A stretch of 63,917 bases of DNA, counting the filler, from Octopus bimaculoides (lineage: Eukaryota): assembly GCF_001194135.2 (NCBI RefSeq). It is 5 parts of 4 records of this genome, joined end to end, with 100 filler letters (N's around TTAATTAATTAA, not from the genome) between each part and the next. Parts side by side here need not be neighbours in the genome. Positions count along the whole stretch, not along the records: positions 1 to 27,655 come from NC_068982.1; 4 more parts are not named here. One strand, 5' to 3'. Positions 1 to 13,642 of the stretch are shown piece after piece. Both the position numbers and the translations under genes were made by a program. The notes beneath the pieces are model-generated. The model was not told the origin of the DNA and did no database searches. It saw only the letters and a list, made by a program, of their open reading frames with translations. Positions within the stretch are counted from its first letter, which is position 1; the number at the start of each line of letters is the position of its first letter.

Positions 1-39
<39 letters not shown>

Positions 40-83
40 CTCTCTCTCTTTCTCTCCCCCCTCTCTCTCTCTCTCTCTCTCTC
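1..83. repeat. (CT)n microsatellite
   Basis: Nearly pure CT dinucleotide run. Confidence 0.95.
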
Positions 84-207
84 TGCAAGTCTCTCAGGAA
101 TTTGCAGAATCGGACCTTATCCCGGTGTTCGTGGCGTTTAAATTAGATTCTCGTTCTTACTCTGAGACCAGTTCTTCAGAAAGTTAACTCACAGCTGAGG
201 CTTGTAC

Positions 208-305
208 TCATTTTCAATCGAATGGATTGGTGCAACGTGAGTTAAAGTACTTGCTGAACGATGCAACTCATGCCAGTCCAGGAATCTAATCTAAGACTTA
301 ACCAC
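208..305 (-). mobile_element. Degenerate SINE family C fragment
   Basis: tcattttcaatcgaatggattggtgcaacgtgagttaaagtacttgctgaacg resembles 63764-63830 (tcatttctacaactgagtgaactggatcaacgtgaaataaagtgtcttgctcaag). Confidence 0.4.
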
Positions 306-373
306 CGTAAGCCAACACCTAAAATATCAAACCAGAGGCCATACAAGCACACAAACTCGCATCCACACACACA

Positions 374-488
374 TCACATATATGTATGTATATATATATA
401 TACACACTCACATACACATACATATATGTATATATGTGTGTATATATATATATATATATTTGATGATGATGATGACGACGATGACGAC

Positions 489-526
<38 letters not shown>
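374..526. repeat. (AT/AC)n plus (GAT)n microsatellites
   Basis: Direct inspection; these explain the poly-D/H/M/S ORFs here. Confidence 0.9.
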
Positions 527-660
527 GCAAAAACAAGAAAAGAACACAACGTGTGGAACAAGTTTTAACAACGGTATTACTACTATAATGTTTGGGAAAA
601 TGGGAAATGGTTTTTAACGTTTCGAGTGATAGTTCTTCACCAGAAAAAAAGAAAAGAACA
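527..660 (-). mobile_element. Degenerate copy of Penelope-type 3'-end repeat with hammerhead-like motif
   Basis: Minus strand reads TTTTT-CTGGTGA-A-GAACTATCACTC-GAAAC-GTT-AAAAA (648-611), similar to the copies at 3116 and 59316. Confidence 0.45.
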
Positions 661-1395
661 AAAAAAAGATGGTAGGAAGAAGAAGGAGACAAATTTTAGT
701 GGCCAGAAGGAAATGCTGTTCTATGAGGAAGAGTTACATAGAGAGTTGGAGGCGGAGTGATGTGTACATCTTTAGGAGGGGAGCCGTGTATGAAGTAGGG
801 AGGTGAGCATTGATGGAGGTGAGCATAGAGGGAGGCGTGAGAGTGGTGTGAGGTGCGAGTTGTTAGTAGGTGATGGTGTGGGGGTGCGCAGCACGTATAT
901 ATCTATGTGTGTGTAGTGGAAGCTGTTTTTATTTTGTTTGTAATATCCGCAGTAAGAAAATAGCAGCCGAAATATTTTTAGATGTATTTATTTTAACCTG
1001 ATATAAGATGCACACACATATACACATATGCGCATATATGAGCCTGCCTGTGCGCGCATGTTTGTGTGTGTACGTGCGTGCGTGCGTGCGTGTGTGTTAG
1101 CTAAAGATAATAGAGAGGAAGAAACGTCAGGCGAATATAGGATGATATGTACACTTGAGGCATTTTTAATTAAATAGCTTCTCAAGCGACATATGCTGCA
1201 ACAGTGAACTTACAATCTAAGCACATTCTCTCAATCATTTCTCTCCTAGAACACTGACCTACTCTATGCATACACACGCACACACACACACACGCATACG
1301 CGCGCGCGCGCACATACACGCATATATACCGATATATATACATATACATACTTATAGATATATAGATATATACACACATATATTCATACATACAT

Positions 1396-1449
<54 letters not shown>

Positions 1450-2711
1450 GTATGTATCTATATATGTTTGATGGCGTATCTGGCATATATATATATATAT
1501 CTATAAGTATGTATAATAATAATGATAATNNNNNNNNNNNNNNNNNNNNNNNNNNNNNNNNNNNNNNNNNNNNNNNNNNNNNTATATATATATATATATA
1601 TATATATATTTACGTATACGTATGTGGTGTATATATTTGAATGCGTGTATTTATATGCATGTATAAAACTAACGACCCATATTTATAAATACATTCATAT
1701 ATAAAAATAATTATGAAAAAGAAAGAAAGAATCGATTCTGTAAAGAAAGAGGAAGGATTAAGGGGATTAGGTCGAAGAATTAGCCTAAATTTGGAAACGA
1801 GATGGCGGTTGGGTGGGAGATAAGGATTAGCCTTGAATTTGTGAAAAAGAGAGAAAAGTATTTGGCGTAAAAAATATTTCCTGTTAGATTTCTTGGCATG
1901 TGATCCTGTCAAAAGAAATTTTCTTTCAATTGTTCTACGTCGAAAAGAAGAATTCGTTGGTGACATCTGTTTATATTGTTAGGAAGATGTTACAATGTCT
2001 AAGTGTCAGCTTCGTCAGTCGGCTTTACATGGCTTTGTTTTGTTGGTATTATTATTGAAGGGGTCACTTTGTGACACTCGACAGAGAAGTATTATGTCAA
2101 CTAATAAGAACATTGTAGCAGAGCTATAGCCAACTCTTAGCCTAACACAAACAGACGTGAAAAGCGACCGCCCAACCTGGCTCATCATAGCTTAACATCA
2201 GCAAAGACGAGAGCCATTGAGCCTTATACTATAACGTTCTTGCTAGGGTTTACAACGTTAGTGACTAAATAAAAAAAAGGAAAAAGAAACTACTTGGAGT
2301 AGGGAAGATAGGAGATAAAAAAAAAAAAAAACGTAAAACAAACGCTTGTTGAAGGGCATATAAAACAAATAATCGAGCGGCTAAACAAGCAAATATCATC
2401 CTCACCCCACAAAAAAATATTCTGACATAGCCAAAATTACTGCTTGACAAAAACATTGCTATAGACTTACAGCCCCCACCACCACCACTACCCAAAAAAG
2501 AAAAGAAAAAAGGGAGCATTTTCATTGTTTCTAAGCTGAAGAAGAAAAGTCGGAAAAAGTAAGAGAAAATTAGGAATGACAAGCGATAAATGAAATCAGG
2601 AACAGCAAAGTGTTCAGTAGAAACTATTTCTCGAAGATCAGTTTATACAATTAAACAATTTCCATTATTTTCATAGTAACCCACTCGATATAAATTTGTA
2701 TTTTATATACA

Positions 2712-2768
<57 letters not shown>

Positions 2769-3019
2769 AAACTTGTTACCCGTTCAATGAAGCATATCTG
2801 AACCCGTATGAAAACCACTTATTGTATTTTGTCATGAAGAAAATTTCTCGTAGTAGACAAATAGGTGTAAACACGCCAAGTCAGTTCGAAGTGCCTTCTA
2901 CCAATCTGATGGACGCATGCATTTCAGAGTGAGTATCTGTTTTCAGCGCATCAGATATCAGGAAGGGGAACGCTACGAATTGACAAGACGTGTTTATATA
3001 TATATATAATTGACAAGAC

Positions 3020-3054
<35 letters not shown>

Positions 3055-3064
3055 TGACCGTTGA

Positions 3065-3241
3065 CTGAACACTATTCAATTTTTTTTCTCCGTGTTTTTC
3101 TCCTTGTCTCCGTATTCTTTCTGTTGAAGAGCGTAGCTCGAAACGTCAAAGACTTTCCGTATTCCTGAGCGTCATACTAATACATCCTTTTGTTATTTAC
3201 ACCACCTGTCCTCGTCTGTTGTTGTTTTTTCGTACATTCTC

Positions 3242-3243
<2 letters not shown>
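3065..3243 (+). mobile_element. Penelope-type 3'-end repeat with hammerhead-like motif
   Basis: Aligns over its length with 59270-59445 and, reversed, with 40520-40730; contains TCTTT-CTGTTGA-A-GAGC-GTA-GCTC-GAAAC-GTC-AAAGA; ends in (TA)n. Confidence 0.6.
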
Positions 3244-3325
<82 letters not shown>

Positions 3326-4074
3326 ATACAGCATTTAATGTTTACATTTCAAATGTATATATAAGCCATGCACAATTTTTGCGTTTGTATCAAACAGGTA
3401 TGATTATATCTTGTTATCAACTATTTCCATTTTAAACTAGACTCTCTTCGTCTGCAGTAACCCTCAGTGAGTGATTATCATAATTAATTAAAAAGACTTA
3501 AGCATGCGACTCTACTACGTAGCTCTATTTTAAATCATTTATTCGCAATTGCACTTCTTTCTAGCTTGCATCAAAAGAAAAAATACGTATATCTTAAATC
3601 TGATAACTACTCAATAATGGACATTCCTAAAATAAATTGCATGGATAAACATGGAAAACTCTCTTTATCACATCCTACCATCTTAAAAAGTAGGAGAAAT
3701 TATGTAATATGATCATGAGTACTCCGCGCCTAAAAAAATACCAAATGTCACGATTGGAATACAGTTAATCATAGATCTGCACGGTCAAAGCTCACCCGGA
3801 ATTTGGCATATTCTAACCTCTAACAATTCAAACTTCCAGTTAATTGTTTCACTTCTTATCCCAGATAGCGTTCTAAAGTAGTTTTGAAAAAACAAAAAAA
3901 TCACAAGCAGAAATTAAATAACGTTTCCTAGAAAAATGTATAATGTTTCATCTACTGCTGAGCGTTTTCTCTATTTGTAGATCAAATCTTTAAGAATTTA
4001 ACAGACAAATTACTAGATGCTATAACTTCACTGCAATATCGTTAAATTTGGTAAAAGGGCTGAATTTTGGTTTA

Positions 4075-4585
4075 AGGAACCCATATAACCTCTCATAACT
4101 TTTTCATTTTTGGGAATTTTTAGTAAACTTTTGCGAATTTGTGTTCTACACAAGGGAATTCATACTATTAGGAAAATAAGATTTGTGTCATGTAAGTGCG
4201 ATTTAACTGTTTCTTTAGCACATCTCACGACCTTACTCGTTTCTTTGTCACTTTGACATGTATTGATGTTTTTCAATATTTTCTGCTCATAAACACATTT
4301 AAGGGACTGATAATACACCCAATTGTGGTCCATTGCTGGGATTTAAGCAAAAATTCGGACTGCCCATCTTTTAAACTCTGATTAAAAATAAAAATGCAAA
4401 AGAGTGGAACATTTAGGATTTACGGAGAGGTGGGTGTGTTTAGAAATATATAAAATAATTTTTTTCGTAACCGTATGAATTCCTGTATGAAGAGCACAAA
4501 TTCGCAAAAATTTTCTGAAAATCCCCAAAAATTAAACCAGAATTCCGTCTGCAAAAGTTTTTGAATGAGTTATTCATAGGAAAAA
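4075..4585. mobile_element. MITE-like element with imperfect inverted repeats
   Basis: About 4107-4165 (tttttgggaatttttagtaaacttttgcgaatttgtg...gaattcatac) is the reverse complement of about 4472-4533; superfamily not determined. Confidence 0.5.
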
Positions 4586-4654
4586 TAAATATAAAATAAA
4601 AATCTTACTTCCATAAAATCCTTTCTACTATGGGAACAATACCTCAAACTTAAG

Positions 4655-4810
4655 GGGAGCTGGCTAGTCGTTCACTTCGACCCCTGTCCTCAACTGCTGC
4701 GTATTTTATCGACCCTGAAAGTATACGATGCAAAGTTGACCTCGAAAGATCTAAACTCGGAACGGAAGCATTTTGTCCGACGTATGCTGACGATTCTGCC
4801 AGCTCACCGC
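4655..4810 (-). mobile_element. SINE family D (Deu/Nin-like core), degenerate
   Basis: ttttatcgaccctgaaag...aaagttgacctcg...ttctgccagctcaccgc matches 20390-20562. Confidence 0.65.
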
Positions 4811-5571
4811 TTTTTTTATTTCTCCATAATAAAACTATACAAAAACGCTTCTTTCCAGTTGAGATAAAGGAAATAAAGACGTTCCAGAATTTTGTTTACA
4901 TTAAATTATGATTATATTTTAGTGGTTTGATTATTTATTTATTTATTTTTTTTGTCAGTTGTGTTCTCGCTTATCTATGATAAAAAAAAAGACAGATGTG
5001 TTATATTTATTTTAATAGCATCCACGAATGAAAAAAATTCTATGAATGTGTTTTTGCGAGCATAGATATTATATANNNNNNNNNNNNNNNNNNNNNNNNN
5101 NNNNNNNNNNNNNNNNNNNNNNNNNNNNNNNNNNNNNNNNNNNNNNNNNNNNNNNNNNNNNNNNNNNNNNNNNNNNNNNNNNNNNNNNNNNNNNNNNNNN
5201 NNNNNNNNNNNNNNNNNNNNNNNNNNNNNNNNNNNNNNNNNNNNNNNNNNNNNNNNNNNNNNNNNNNNNNNNNNNNNNNNNNNNNNNNNNNNNNNNNNNN
5301 NNNNNNNNNNNNNNNNNNNNNNNNNNNNNNNNNNNNNNNNNNNNNNNNNNNNNNNNNNNNNNNNNNNNNNNNNNNNNNNNNNNNNNNNNNNNNNNNNNNN
5401 NNNNNNNNNNNNNNNNNNNNNNNNNNNNNNNNNNNNNNNNNNNNNNNNNNNNNNNNNNNNNNNNNNNNNNNNNNNNNNNNNNNNNNNNNNNNNNNNNNNN
5501 NNNNNNNNNNNNNNNNNNNNNNNNNNNNNNNNNNNNNNNNNNNNNNNNNNNNNNNNNNNNNNNNNNNNNNN

Positions 5572-5760
5572 TGGGCACAGGACGTCTTGAAACGTTTACA
5601 ACAAAAAAATAGGAACAAAAAATACGAACAACGAAAGACACAAATGGAAAACAAAACAAACACAAAGATCGACCCCTCATCAGTTGTTGGCTGTTTCTCT
5701 AGTCTCGTATTTCCAGCATTTAACAACAATATACACTTTCGATAAAACAGTTGCTCCCGC
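5572..5760 (-). repeat. Dispersed repeat family G (copy 1)
   Basis: Reverse complement aligns with 6050-6183; same orientation as 32875-33072; shared core cagccaacaactgatgaRggg. Confidence 0.6.
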
Positions 5761-6049
5761 AAAGCAGATTAAATTAAATTTGGGATGTTGCGGAGGGTCA
5801 AAGTAGGTAACACAAACAGGACAGTGAAAGCAAACAGGAAGGGCTGCTAAGCCTAAACGAGGTTGTGGTGGCGAACGCGTAAATCAAGATAGGACACGAG
5901 ACAAACAAGAATACGTCTTCCTTGTTCCAGCTACAACGGAGAGAAAGAAAGATGGCCTATGGTCACCTGGGAGCCACGTAAGCAAGGGAGGAGGAGAGAG
6001 AGTGACAGAGCAATAGGATAGAACAGTGGGAGAAGAGGAGGTAAAAGAA

Positions 6050-6183
6050 AGATGAAGGGTCGTTCTTTATGTTCGTTTTGTTTTCTGTTTGTGTCTTTCG
6101 TTATTCGAAAGGATAGTTCATGTTCCATGTACTCGTGCTTCGTACTTTTTGTTGTAAACGTTTCATGACGTCCTGTGCCCATA
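6050..6183 (+). repeat. Dispersed repeat family G (copy 2, inverted to copy 1)
   Basis: gatgaagggtcgttctttatg...gttgtaaacgtttcatgacgtcctgtgccca. Confidence 0.6.
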
Positions 6184-7261
6184 TATTCATACGTATATAT
6201 ACGTATAGATGTAAGTATGTACATATATGTATGTATATATGCANNNNNNNNNNNNNNNNNNNNNNNNNNNNNNNNNNNNNNNNNNNNNNNNNNNNNNNNN
6301 NNNNNNNNNNNNNNNNNNNNNNNNNNNNNNNNNNNNNNNNNNNNNNNNNNNNNNNNNNNNNNNNNNNNNNNNNNNNNNNNNNNNNNNNNNNNNNNNNNNN
6401 NNNNNNNNNNNNNNNNNNNNNNNNNNNNNNNNNNNNNNNNNNNNNNNNNNNNNNNNNNNNNNNNNNNNNNNNNNNNNNNNNNNNNNNNNNNNNNNNNNNN
6501 NNNNNNNNNNNNNNNNNNNNNNNNNNNNNNNNNNNNNNNNNNNNNNNNNNNNNNNNNNNNNNNNNNNNNNNNNNNNNNNNNNNNNNNNNNNNNNNNNNNN
6601 NNNNNNNNNNNNNNNNNNNNNNNNNNNNNNNNNNNNNNNNNNNNNNNNNNNNNNNNNNNNNNNNNNNNNNNNNNNNNNNNNNNNNNNNNNNNNNNNNNNN
6701 NNNNNNNNNNNNNNNNNNNNNNNNNNNNNNNNNNNNNNNNNNNNNNNNNNNNNNNNNNNNNNNNNNNNNNNNNNNNNNNNNNNNNNNNNNNNNNNNNNNN
6801 NNNNNNNNNNNNNNNNNNNNNNNNNNNNNNNNNNNNNNNNNNNNNNNNNNNNNNNNNNNNNNNNNNNNNNNNNNNNNNNNNNNNNNNNNNNNNNNATGTA
6901 TGTATGTATGTATATATGTATGTATGTACGTACGTACGTATGTATTAATGTATATACATACACACGTACGTGTGTATGTATGCATTAGAAATGCTAGATG
7001 AGAACAAGAAGCCACTCTGAAATAAAGGAACAAAGATGGAGTTATAAGTCGAGGATAATACGTATAAATAATTCGTTACAGATGGTTTTATGTTTCGCTC
7101 GAAACGAGCATATCAAACGATTCTTTTGACAGGCTTGTTTAGAGCGAAACATATGGCCATCTGTGGTGAATTATTTAACGTGATGCGTAACTCACATGTA
7201 TATGCATATGTACATTCTCATATACTGTATATAAATACTTTTATTCACCTATACTTACAAG

Positions 7262-7375
7262 ATTCTCCGTCGATCTCGATGATGACCAAGTGAGTCCCTG
7301 TCCGTGAAATTAACTTGCAAGCGGTCGTGTATTTCATACACACGTGTACCCTTCACGCACTTCTCGGCTCGAATC
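7262..7375 (-). mobile_element. Degenerate SINE family B 3' fragment
   Basis: gtgaaattaacttgcaag...cacgtgtacccttcacgcacttctcgg resembles 21779-21842. Confidence 0.5.
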
Positions 7376-7461
7376 AGTGTGACATAATGTGAGAGCAGCG
7401 GATCTTTGAATTGTTGGTATAATCTAAAGAAAGTTTGAAAGAGAGAGGAAAAGAGTGAGAA

Positions 7462-7546
<85 letters not shown>

Positions 7547-8771
7547 AGAATAATCTCCCACGGTACTGGAGATGATCACGGTTGAAACCGTTTGCATCAT
7601 AACATCTGCTCAATTGATCTTTTTGCCATTTGGTTGAGTGAAACAGACACTAATGTCTAAAGAGGAATTTTGTAGTTAGTATGATGAGGTACGTGGAAAC
7701 GTTTAGGTGGGTTGTCAGAATGTTAACAATATTGAGTTTTGATGTCACTTCTTACGTTACATGTATAGTTTTCAATGATCTTTTTTCTATTTTCACAAAT
7801 CACAAATAGTTTGATAGATACCTAAGTTCTAATTCTAATTAAAATTGATAGGATAGACTCAACAATGGGTTAGTTAGCATTGTAAGGAAATTTGTTCAAC
7901 AGTAGACGTATACAGTAATCAATTCTATGTAGTGAACTGTTGATGAATGTTGCACTAGAAATAGTTCAAATATTGTCATACACCTAGAAAATACATTTTA
8001 AGATTGTTATTGTTGTTGTTTAAACTCTGATCCAGTTGGTTAGTTATTAAAAGCGTTCCAGCCATACTGATACCAAATTGCTGCTTAGCGCAACTACTAA
8101 TGAATTTACTATTGGTTGGTAACCGAAACGCTCCTCCAATCAATAATTTTGGTTGGTATTTTATTAGAAAAATCTAGTTCCTTAGTTCAGAGTTGCCTGT
8201 TGTTGATATCTGGTGCTAATGAGAAGATAACTACTTCGAAACTCATTCCATGGTATGTTTACACTTTTTTTGTCTCCAGCGAGAACACTTCTCCATGAAA
8301 AACTGCAACGAAAAGCCGTTTCACGGATTCAAATGTCTCTGAAACCTATTTAAACTGGTATCAAGTCTACGTTATCAAATTTTTGCGCGTGTGTATGCAA
8401 TTTTAGATTATGTACGCTGGCAAGAAACTCGAAAACTGATGCTTTTCGTTTCAAGCCCTCAAGAATATCATGAACTTGTGCAACCGACGGCTCTACTGCT
8501 CCACATTTGTAATATAAAATTAAATATAATGTAATTGTATTCATGGGTATTGTGTGTGATGGAGTATTTATGGGTGTGTGTCTGCTCGTGTCTGTGTATG
8601 CATATCTTTTATTACATATATATCCATTTAATTCTAGCATTGGTTCTATGCATTTACATATCAGCGTCTGAATATATGTATACATATCCGTGTCAGAATG
8701 TGCATCTATACTTGCATGCGTACCTTCGTTTCTTTTTGTTCTTTTTTATGTGTAACTAAGAGTATTTATAA

Positions 8772-8865
8772 GCGTGGCTCTGTGGTAAGAAGCTTGTTTC
8801 TCAACCGCATGGTTCCAGCCTCATTCTCACTGCGTGGTACCTTGTGCAAGTATCTTCTACAGTAT
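8772..8865 (+). mobile_element. SINE family A, tRNA-like head
   Basis: gcgtggctctgtggtaagaagcttg...cactgcgtggtaccttgtgcaagtatcttctac matches the head of the full copy at 37862-38249. Confidence 0.75.
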
Positions 8866-8958
8866 TGTTCCTATAATGATTACTGAAACAACGAAATTTG
8901 CTCCAATAAAGTAAAAAAAATATGTAATGACCATTATGTTTAATTTGTTTTATATATA

Positions 8959-10562
8959 CAGTAGCGAGCAAAAGAAAAAGAGAGAGAGAACGATATATAT
9001 ATATATATATATATATTTAATGTCGGAAAAGCTAGTGAGCGTACAGATTCGTAATTGGTTTCGTAAACACGATTAACCATTAGCTAAATTCTCTGAAAAA
9101 TCTAAGTTTGTACAATGGTCTTAATAAAAGTTAACAACACTAACACTAATTTCGTCGAAATGTCTCATGTGCAAAATAAGATAACGATTAGATTCCCTGA
9201 GAAACTTCTGGAAATTTCAACGATTGTTTACATTTGCAGGCTCAACGTTACTACCGTCTCAGTATTGTGCTAGCTTCCGAACATGCGCTAAAGTTACTCT
9301 CGACCTCCGAAAAGAACTTGTCAGGACGAAAGTTTCAGGAATGACTTTCTCGGCTATTTCACGAGACGTAAGGAGATCTAAGAGTGTAGTTTCAGGAGTT
9401 CTTAAGCTCTATGAAGAAATTAAAGGTTTTGAACCGAAAAAGCAACTGGTAGATCACGCAAAACCACTATGAGAGATGATCGAACCATGAAACGGTACGT
9501 ATTAAAGGATCCTTTCGAGACTGCGGCTGGAATTTCTAAGAAAACAAGAAGTAGATAATGGTACGGAAGTGAGCCGCTTTACCGTGTCTTGTCGTTTGAA
9601 TGAATTTGGATTAAAGACTTGTTCCTCGGCAACGAAACCTACCATCAGCAAGAAGAACAAACTGGAAAGACTTACATTTGCAGAAGCTCATGTGAACTGG
9701 AGGGATAAAAGTTGGTCAGAAGTTCATTTTAGCAATGAAAGCAGATTCAATTTAGTAGGTTCAGATGGTAGACAGTATGTTTGGCGCTTCACAGGAGATC
9801 GGCTAAAATGCAAGTGCCAGAAGAAGTTTGCCAAGTTTGGAGGATGAAGCGTCATGGCGTGGGGAATGATTTCTTCTGAAGGAGTTGACCCTCTAGTGCA
9901 GATTAAAGGGACTATTAATGCTAAGATCAGTTTGAATTTGGTTAAACAGCACGTGATCCCATCATTACCAGCATTTCCGAATCAACTGTGCATTTTCATG
10001 CAAGATAACGCCCCTTATCACACTGCAAAGTGTGTCACTGAATTCTTTAGTGAACAAAATATCCAAGTAATGAAGTGGCCAGCACAACGTCCAGACTTAA
10101 ATCCAATTGAAAACCTTTGGAAGATACTTGGAGACAAAGTAACACAAAGGGCACCAACTACTACGACGAATTTATGGGAGATATTAGAAGAGGAATGGAA
10201 GAAAGTAACACCTGACTTGTGCAGGAAACTTGTTATGTCCTGTAGCAATCGATGTGCAGAGGTGATCTCCAACAAAGATCTACAAACATCTTACTAACTG
10301 TATTAAGTTCATATTTACATTTCTTTCAATCATTATTATGGTTTAGAGTTAATCGAAACATTTTTTGGTTTGACCGTTCTCTTATTTTGCACATGAAACT
10401 TTTGGACAAAACTAGTATTAGACAATTGTACAAACTTAGATTTTTCACAGAATTTAGTTAATGGTTAACTGTATTTACGGAACGAATTGCGAACTTGTAG
10501 GTTTACAAGTTATTCTGAAATTAAAAAAAATATTAATCGTTCTCTTTTTTAGCTCGCTACTG
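8959..10562 (+). mobile_element. Tc1-like DNA transposon, full length, decayed
   Basis: Termini CAGTAGCGAGC...GCTCGCTACTG; imperfect TIRs of about 170 bp; TA on the left flank and TG on the right; internal transposase. Confidence 0.92.
9224..10297 (+). pseudogene. Tc1 transposase (DD34E) with frameshifts and stops
   Basis: N-terminal HTH-like region; VHFSNESRF (first D replaced by N), GG*SVMAWG, FMQDNAPYH and RPDLNPIENLW, with 34 residues between D and E; frameshifts near 9460-9570; TGA at 9845-9847. Confidence 0.92.
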
Positions 10563-10568
10563 TGTATA

Positions 10569-11796
10569 TCTATATATATAAAAATGAGAATGTGTGTCTG
10601 TCTGTCTGTCTGTCTGTCTGTGTGAATCCCTAAAACTCGAGAACTACGGAACCAATTTCATTCAAATTTTACAAATGCCTTACTTAGGGTTCCAGTTGTG
10701 TTTTAGTTAAAAAAAATTTTTTACTTCTTGCAGAGTTCGAGCCCACGGTAACATAATATCTCCTCCACTATTTAAGTATTACGTGTCAAAAGTAAAACAA
10801 AAACACTCATGTCAAATACTTTCACTTTAAAAATGAAACTATTCTACTAACTGAAACAATTACATTTCGATACTGTAATGACAGATACTTTCAGAGAGAG
10901 AGAGAGAAAGACAGAAAGAGAGAGAGAGAGAGATGTATATGTATACATATAGATGTATATGTACACGTTATTCCACTAACTGAAACAATCACATTTTGAT
11001 ACTATAATGACAGATACTTTCAGAGAGAGNNNNNNNNNNNNNNNNNNNNNNNNNNNNNNNNNNNNNNNNNNNNNNNNNNNNNNNNNNNNNNNNNNNNNNN
11101 NNNNNNNNNNNNNNNNNNNNNNNNNNNNNNNNNNNNNNNNNNNNNNNNNNNNNNNNNNNNNNNNNNNNNNNNNNNNNNNNNNNNNNNNNNNNNNNNNNNN
11201 NNNNNNNNNNNNNNNNNNNNNNNNNNNNNNNNNNNNNNNNNNNNNNNNNNNNNNNNNNNNNNNNNNNNNNNNNNNNNNNNNNNNNNNNNNNNNNNNNNNN
11301 NNNNNNNNNNNNNNNNNNNNNNNNNNNNNNNNNNNNNNNNNNNNNNNNNNNNNNNNNNNNNNNNNNNNNNNNNNNNNNNNNNNNNNNNNNNNNNNNNNNN
11401 NNNNNNNNNNNNNNNNNNNNNNNNNNNNNNNNNNNNNNNNNNNNNNNNNNNNNNNNNNNNATATAAATTGTCAAGTAAATGAGACGCATCTTTGCCTCCA
11501 CTGATTCACTTGCAAAGTGTTGAGTAAAATTATTTGGTTGCAGACCTCCTTTGGGTCTTTTTATTATCACTACGACACACATAGTCCCCAGTTGGTAACA
11601 TTGATTTCAAGGCCCTCATAGATGAGAGACTGGCATTCCACTTAATGTCTATGTTCCATGCTGGCATGGATTGGAGAGTTATTAATGTAGAAATATGGTA
11701 TCGTAGCTACTAACAGTTGAGGGTTGCGTAGACTAGACAGCGTTTTTAGATTTCATTATTCTCTTTAACCCGGGCAAAGCCGGGTATTTCTGCTAG
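10569..11796 (+). mobile_element. Non-autonomous Helitron (family H1)
   Basis: A|TC 5' end followed by (TCTG)n; 3' hairpin CCCGGGCAAAGCCGGG then CTAG|T; internal N gap; the 3' half recurs inverted at 36591-36982. Confidence 0.85.
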
Positions 11797-11879
11797 TATA
11801 TATATATATAAACATGTGTATGTATGTATGTATGTATGTATGTACGTATGAGTCTTTGCGTGTGTATGAGTCTTAGTGT

Positions 11880-12120
11880 CTGTGTTTGTCCTCCACCACC
11901 GTTTGACAACTGGTGTTGATGTGCTTACGCCCCCACTGCATAACCTAGCGGTTCGGTCAATGAGCAATAGAATAAATATCAGGCTTAGAAAAAGAAAAAA
12001 AAAAAAAAAGAAAAATCCCTGGGATCGATTTTTTCGCCTGAAAATTTAAAAAATCATTTTAGGCGGTGCCCCAGCATAGCCGCAGTTAGACGACTGAAAC
12101 AAATAAAACAGATAAAAGAT
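11880..12120 (+). mobile_element. SINE family A, 3' half
   Basis: taacctagcggttcgg...aggcggtgccccagcatagccgcag...actgaaacaaataaaa. Confidence 0.75.
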
Positions 12121-12243
12121 ATGTCTACTTAGTGTTTTTGTTGTTGTTTTTCGAGAGAGAGTGGGTAGTTTATGAGTGTATTTATATATTTAACATGTAT
12201 ATATCAACAAATATTTGTGCTAATCTCTATGCCTCTGAGTGTA

Positions 12244-12274
<31 letters not shown>

Positions 12275-12439
12275 ATCTGTGTGCATGTGTATGTGTATGC
12301 GTGCATATGCATTAAGTGATTCTATTGTTATTGTCTGCCAACGTCTCTTTCAGTGTTGCTATTCCGGTTATTATTGTTATAGTTGGTTGAATCTTTAGAA
12401 ATTATTCCCATATGTAAAGCATTTTTATGAAGCCCTGTG

Positions 12440-12664
12440 ATTTACATCTATTTATCTATCTATGTGTCTACATATGTGCTTTTGCATAAATGTGTGAGTG
12501 TGTTCGCATGCGCCTGTATGTATGTATGTATGTATGTATGTATGTATGTATGTATGCACACACGCACGCACACACATAAAGGCGCAGATATATATATATT
12601 AGTGCATATCGGTTTATGTGTGTATGAATATACGTGCACAAAAATCCATACTTATATTGCAAAG

Positions 12665-12709
<45 letters not shown>

Positions 12710-12738
12710 TACACAAACATACACAAACACACATATAC

Positions 12739-12811
<73 letters not shown>

Positions 12812-12978
12812 TATGTGTATGTATATATTGTATATAATCATATATGTGTGTGTGTGTGCATTGATTGATAGATAGATAGGTAGGTATATAGGTAGGTAGT
12901 TGGATGGATTGACATACAGGCATACTAATATATATAAAATATATATGTATGCATATATATAATATAATATATACACCC

Positions 12979-13010
<32 letters not shown>

Positions 13011-13576
13011 CATATATAAACATACGTACAAACATACATACCTACATACAAAGACACAGACACACACACACACATACACACACATATGCATGCATGCATG
13101 CATGTATGTATGTATGTATGTATGTACGTACAAACGTATGTATGTATGTATGTATGTTTATAAGCATGTATACGGATATGCACAAACATAACGACCCGAA
13201 AATAAAATATCACGAACAAAATAACAAAAAAAAGTGAATTCTACTCTAAAAGTAATTTCATTTCTTTCACTTTATTTTTTCATTATGCTGGTGCTTGTTT
13301 TGTTTTGACATGTCGTTTTTCTTTTTCTTTATTTTTTCCAAATGCATTTTTTGTATTCAATTGTATTTAGAGAGACAGAGAGAGAGTCAGACAGAGACAG
13401 AGAGACAGACAGGGAAAGATGGAAATAAAAAAGAAAGAAAAAGAAAAAAGAAAGAAAGAAAGAAAGAGTAAATTTCCTCAAGCGTTTCTGGGTATATTTC
13501 TAGAAACGAAACAATACTGCATACATACGTTCACACAACACATTAACACAGACACAGACACACAGACACACACACA

Positions 13577-13642
<66 letters not shown>

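Noticed and set aside
261-617. 118-aa ORF with a poly-Asp tract
   Set aside because: It is made of a SINE remnant, AT/AC repeats and (GAT)n.
8400-8520. Plus-strand peptide DYVRWQETRKLMLFVSSPQEY as EPHX exon 2
   Set aside because: It is on the wrong strand, lacks HGFP, and the similarity is superficial.
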